From: Candidatus Pacebacteria bacterium UBA6180
Lineage (GTDB): Bacteria > Patescibacteriota > Microgenomatia > UBA1400 > PJMF01
DNA length: 64,000 nt
Assembly (NCBI GenBank): GCA_002422165.1
Contig: DITQ01000002.1
Span: forward strand, 13,174 to 77,173
Direction of reading: 5' to 3'
Part shown: positions 61,432-64,000 of the stretch, in pieces
Layout of the letters: every line of letters starts with the position of its first letter
Numbering within the stretch: the stretch's first letter is position 1
The notes under the pieces: generated by a model
Databases searched by the model: none
What the model saw: the letters and a program-made list of their open reading frames with translations, nothing else
What the model was told of the DNA's origin: nothing
Translations under genes and position numbers: made by a program

Positions 61432-62055
61432 ATGTCAAAAGATAAAAAAGTTCTCATCCCTAGGTCTAATCGTTTGTGCAAAATCGATAACATCGCCTTT
61501 TATGGTAGTGCCGATTTGGAACAAGATGATCCAGCTTACCACGAAGCCTACGAAGCAGCTAAGCACGTCGCCAAGCGCGGCAAAGTGGTTATCAACGGTG
61601 GCGGACCCGGCATCATGGAGGCCGCTACTAGAGGAGCTAAGGCTGGGGGAGGCAAAACTCTGGTGGTGACTTTTTATCCAGAAAATCTGCCAGAATTTGA
61701 GGGTCGTGATGACAACAATATCGCTGATAAGGAAATCAAAACCGCCAATTACATCGAGCGGATGTTTGGTTTGATGGATAATGCCGATCTCTTCGTCTGT
61801 TTCAAAGGTGGAACTGGTACTCTTAGCGAGTGGGCGACTGCTTGGCTTTTGGCTCATCTCTATTATGGCAATCATAAGCCTTTGATTCTTTATGGGTCTT
61901 TTTGGCGGGAGGTGGTGGACACTATTCACAAGCATTTCATGATTGGCTATAAAGAGGCGCAGGTTTATCGCATTGTCGAAAACCTCGAAGAATTTAAGGT
62001 AGCTTTGCGAATTTTTGATGAAGAGATGGCGGCGCGCCGCCTCAAAAATGGTTAA
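61432..62055 (+). CDS. LOG family (SLOG) nucleotide-binding protein
   Basis: GGGPGIMEAA, GGTGTLSE. Confidence 0.88.
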   Translation: MSKDKKVLIPRSNRLCKIDNIAFYGSADLEQDDPAYHEAYEAAKHVAKRGKVVINGGGPGIMEAATRGAKAGGGKTLVVTFYPENLPEFEGRDDNNIADKEIKTANYIERMFGLMDNADLFVCFKGGTGTLSEWATAWLLAHLYYGNHKPLILYGSFWREVVDTIHKHFMIGYKEAQVYRIVENLEEFKVALRIFDEEMAARRLKNG

Positions 62056-62132
62056 AAATAGTTGTAGTGGCAAGCGCCGCCACGCAACTCGTGTTAAGAT
62101 AAATACAATAAACAGAAAACATAACTGCCCTT

Positions 62133-63074
62133 ATGAGTTCCTACGACATTATTTCTATCGGTTCATCTCTTTTGGATATTTTTATCAAGTCTGATAATTT
62201 GGAAGCGAAGCGTGATGGTGATCGTCAAATTCTGACCTACGGAGAGAAGCATGAACTATCAGATTTTCAGATCTATACTGGCGGTGGCGCTAGTAACACT
62301 GCAGTAGCTTTTGCCAGACTTGGTTTGCATACAGCAGTGATTTCCGAGACTGGACGTGATGATTTTGCCAGTCTGATCACCGCCGACTTTCAGAAAGAAG
62401 GTGTAGCGACCAATTTGTTGATCCAGGAGAAATTGGAGCAAACCGGCGGCTCAGTGATTTTGGTTGGTAAAAATTCAGAGCGAGCTATTATGGTGCACCG
62501 CGGAGCGGCTTCAATGCTTGATCCTTTTGACATCCCAGCTTTTTGGTTGACCAAAAGCAAGTGGGTTCACCTTTCAAGTATTGGCGGACGCCTTGAGACT
62601 TTGCAGAAAATTTTCAAGGTTCTTGCTAACAACCAAGAAACCAAACTGTCTTGGAATCCTGGCAAGCGGGAATTGGAGCTTCTAGTCAATGAAAAATTTT
62701 CTATTGAAGATGTGCCTTGTGAAGTTTTTTTCGTCAATCAGGAAGAGTGGGCCGTGGTGGAGCCCTTACATGAAGAAATTCTGCTTAACTTCCCTCAAGT
62801 GATTATTACCAAAGGCAAGGCTGGCGGTGAGGTTCATCTCTTTGGTAAAAAGAAATTTGAATTTGTTGGTCAATCAGCTGTTTCAGTAGATAACACTGGA
62901 GCAGGTGATGCTTTTGCGGCTGGTTATGTCGCCGCTTTACTCAATGGTTACGAGGTGACGCAAGCTATCGCTTGGGGAGTTAAAAATGCAGCCAACGTGG
63001 TGGCTTATTTTGGCGGCAAGCTAGGCTTGTTGCGTAATTCGCAAATGTTGGAGTTAACAAAAAAGAAAAATTAG
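62133..63074 (+). CDS. PfkB-family carbohydrate kinase
   Basis: GGGASNTAVAFARLG, NQEE, DNTGAGDAF. Confidence 0.93.
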   Translation: MSSYDIISIGSSLLDIFIKSDNLEAKRDGDRQILTYGEKHELSDFQIYTGGGASNTAVAFARLGLHTAVISETGRDDFASLITADFQKEGVATNLLIQEKLEQTGGSVILVGKNSERAIMVHRGAASMLDPFDIPAFWLTKSKWVHLSSIGGRLETLQKIFKVLANNQETKLSWNPGKRELELLVNEKFSIEDVPCEVFFVNQEEWAVVEPLHEEILLNFPQVIITKGKAGGEVHLFGKKKFEFVGQSAVSVDNTGAGDAFAAGYVAALLNGYEVTQAIAWGVKNAANVVAYFGGKLGLLRNSQMLELTKKKN

Positions 63075-63112
63075 TGTTTAATTAGTAATTAGATTTGTAG
63101 TGGAATAAACGT

Positions 63113-63634
63113 ATGAAAAAATTTCTGTCCTATCTCCTCGCTGTGCTATTTTTCGCGAGTTCAGCTAGCGCAGCTCAAGCTGTTTTAGAATTAACTCAAA
63201 TTGGCACCACCGATCTAACGGGTCAAGGTATTGGTTCCACTGTTTCTGCTTATACTTACACGTTGCGTTCATTTAGTTTGTACGGTAATTCTACTGCCTC
63301 CAGTTCAGTATCGATCAAAATCGATGACGTCACCTATTCTGCCACTGCCAATGAAACTGGTGCTTGGTCGACTTATCTTTCCAATTTGACCTACGATGAT
63401 CATGCTGTCGAGGTTAGTTCTGCTGGTCAGACCAGTCTAAATTTTACCTTGAAGATTAGTTCTGCCTCAGCCACCCCCACAGCTACTCCTACCGCTGTGC
63501 CGTCAACAGAAACCAAGGGTGGCACGACCTCTTCGACTCTTCCTCAAGCTGGCGCACTAGAAAACACTTTTATTTTGGCTGCGATCTCGATGTTGTTAAT
63601 TGGTTTGGGTGTGACGATTAAATATCGCGCTTAG
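63113..63634 (+). CDS. secreted Ig-like protein with an LPxAG-type C-terminal anchor
   Basis: Signal peptide (ASAAQA), Big-like ANETGAWS, P/T linker, LPQAG + TM + KYR. Confidence 0.72.
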   Translation: MKKFLSYLLAVLFFASSASAAQAVLELTQIGTTDLTGQGIGSTVSAYTYTLRSFSLYGNSTASSSVSIKIDDVTYSATANETGAWSTYLSNLTYDDHAVEVSSAGQTSLNFTLKISSASATPTATPTAVPSTETKGGTTSSTLPQAGALENTFILAAISMLLIGLGVTIKYRA

Positions 63635-63672
63635 ACCTTGCTTAGACTTTTAGACAGCGAGTTTTTTGACCT

Positions 63673-64000
63673 ATGTCCGACTACAAAGAGATTCTCAACC
63701 AAGAAATTGCTGCATTGGCCGCCAAAGTTGAACAAGGTGAATTGCCTGATGAGATGCGCTACCAGCTCAAAAAAGAGATTGTTGCTCTGGAGCGCAGTGT
63801 CGAGTTGGGCAGTTACGACGAGAAATACGAAAAAGTTTCCAAGTATGTTGACTGGTGCCTGCGCATTCCTTTTGGCAAAAAAAGCGATGACGTCTTGGAC
63901 CTGCAAAAAGCCAAGGAAGTTTTCGATCAACACCACTTCGGCATGCAGGAAGTCAAGGATCGCTTCCTCGAGTATTTGGCCGTCCTCAACTTGCAAAAAA
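63673..64000 (+). CDS. lon: Lon protease AAA+ module, 3'-partial, lacking the N-domain
   Basis: Own translation from ATG 63673: MSDYKEIL...YVDWCLRIPFGK...LDLQKAKEVFDQHHFGMQEVKDRFLEYLAV; absent from the ORF track because it runs off the window. Confidence 0.85.
   Translation, partial: MSDYKEILNQEIAALAAKVEQGELPDEMRYQLKKEIVALERSVELGSYDEKYEKVSKYVDWCLRIPFGKKSDDVLDLQKAKEVFDQHHFGMQEVKDRFLEYLAVLNLQK

Noticed and set aside
63631-63996. 121-aa minus-strand ORF
   Set aside because: It is the antisense shadow of the Lon-like gene on the plus strand.

Overview
A 64-kb chromosomal segment of mostly core genes from a small-genome bacterium. Gene content and style (minimal IF2, truncated ATP synthase delta, DUF5667/DUF5668-like proteins, FN3-type surface proteins, few Shine-Dalgarno sites) suggest Patescibacteria/CPR, probably Microgenomates; this placement is inference. 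The window holds two class A PBPs, GH18/GH39/GT4 enzymes, nrdR plus a class II RNR with tandem NrdR boxes, two unrelated CMP kinases, smpB, a tsaC-tsaE fusion with tsaD, groESL, two Met tRNAs, a Xer recombinase, trpS, ddl, ftsH, the F1Fo operon, hrcA-grpE-dnaK-dnaJ with three CIRCE sites, a RelE/YafQ-type TA pair, nusA-infB, rpsO-pnp, sodA, rpiB/rpe and the start of lon. AT-rich orphan ORFs are scattered between these. The strongest unexplained signal is a family of ~160-nt non-coding elements with compensatory base changes. They sit in sense orientation directly after the TAA stops of groEL, ftsH and hrcA, with a half copy after the Xer gene, and are a candidate new structured RNA. Other oddities are a GroES with an 11-Cys metallothionein-like insert, a PBP with AT-hook-like repeats in its cytoplasmic tail, and a shrunken 69-nt initiator tRNA. 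All assignments come from reading motifs by eye; no database searches were run.
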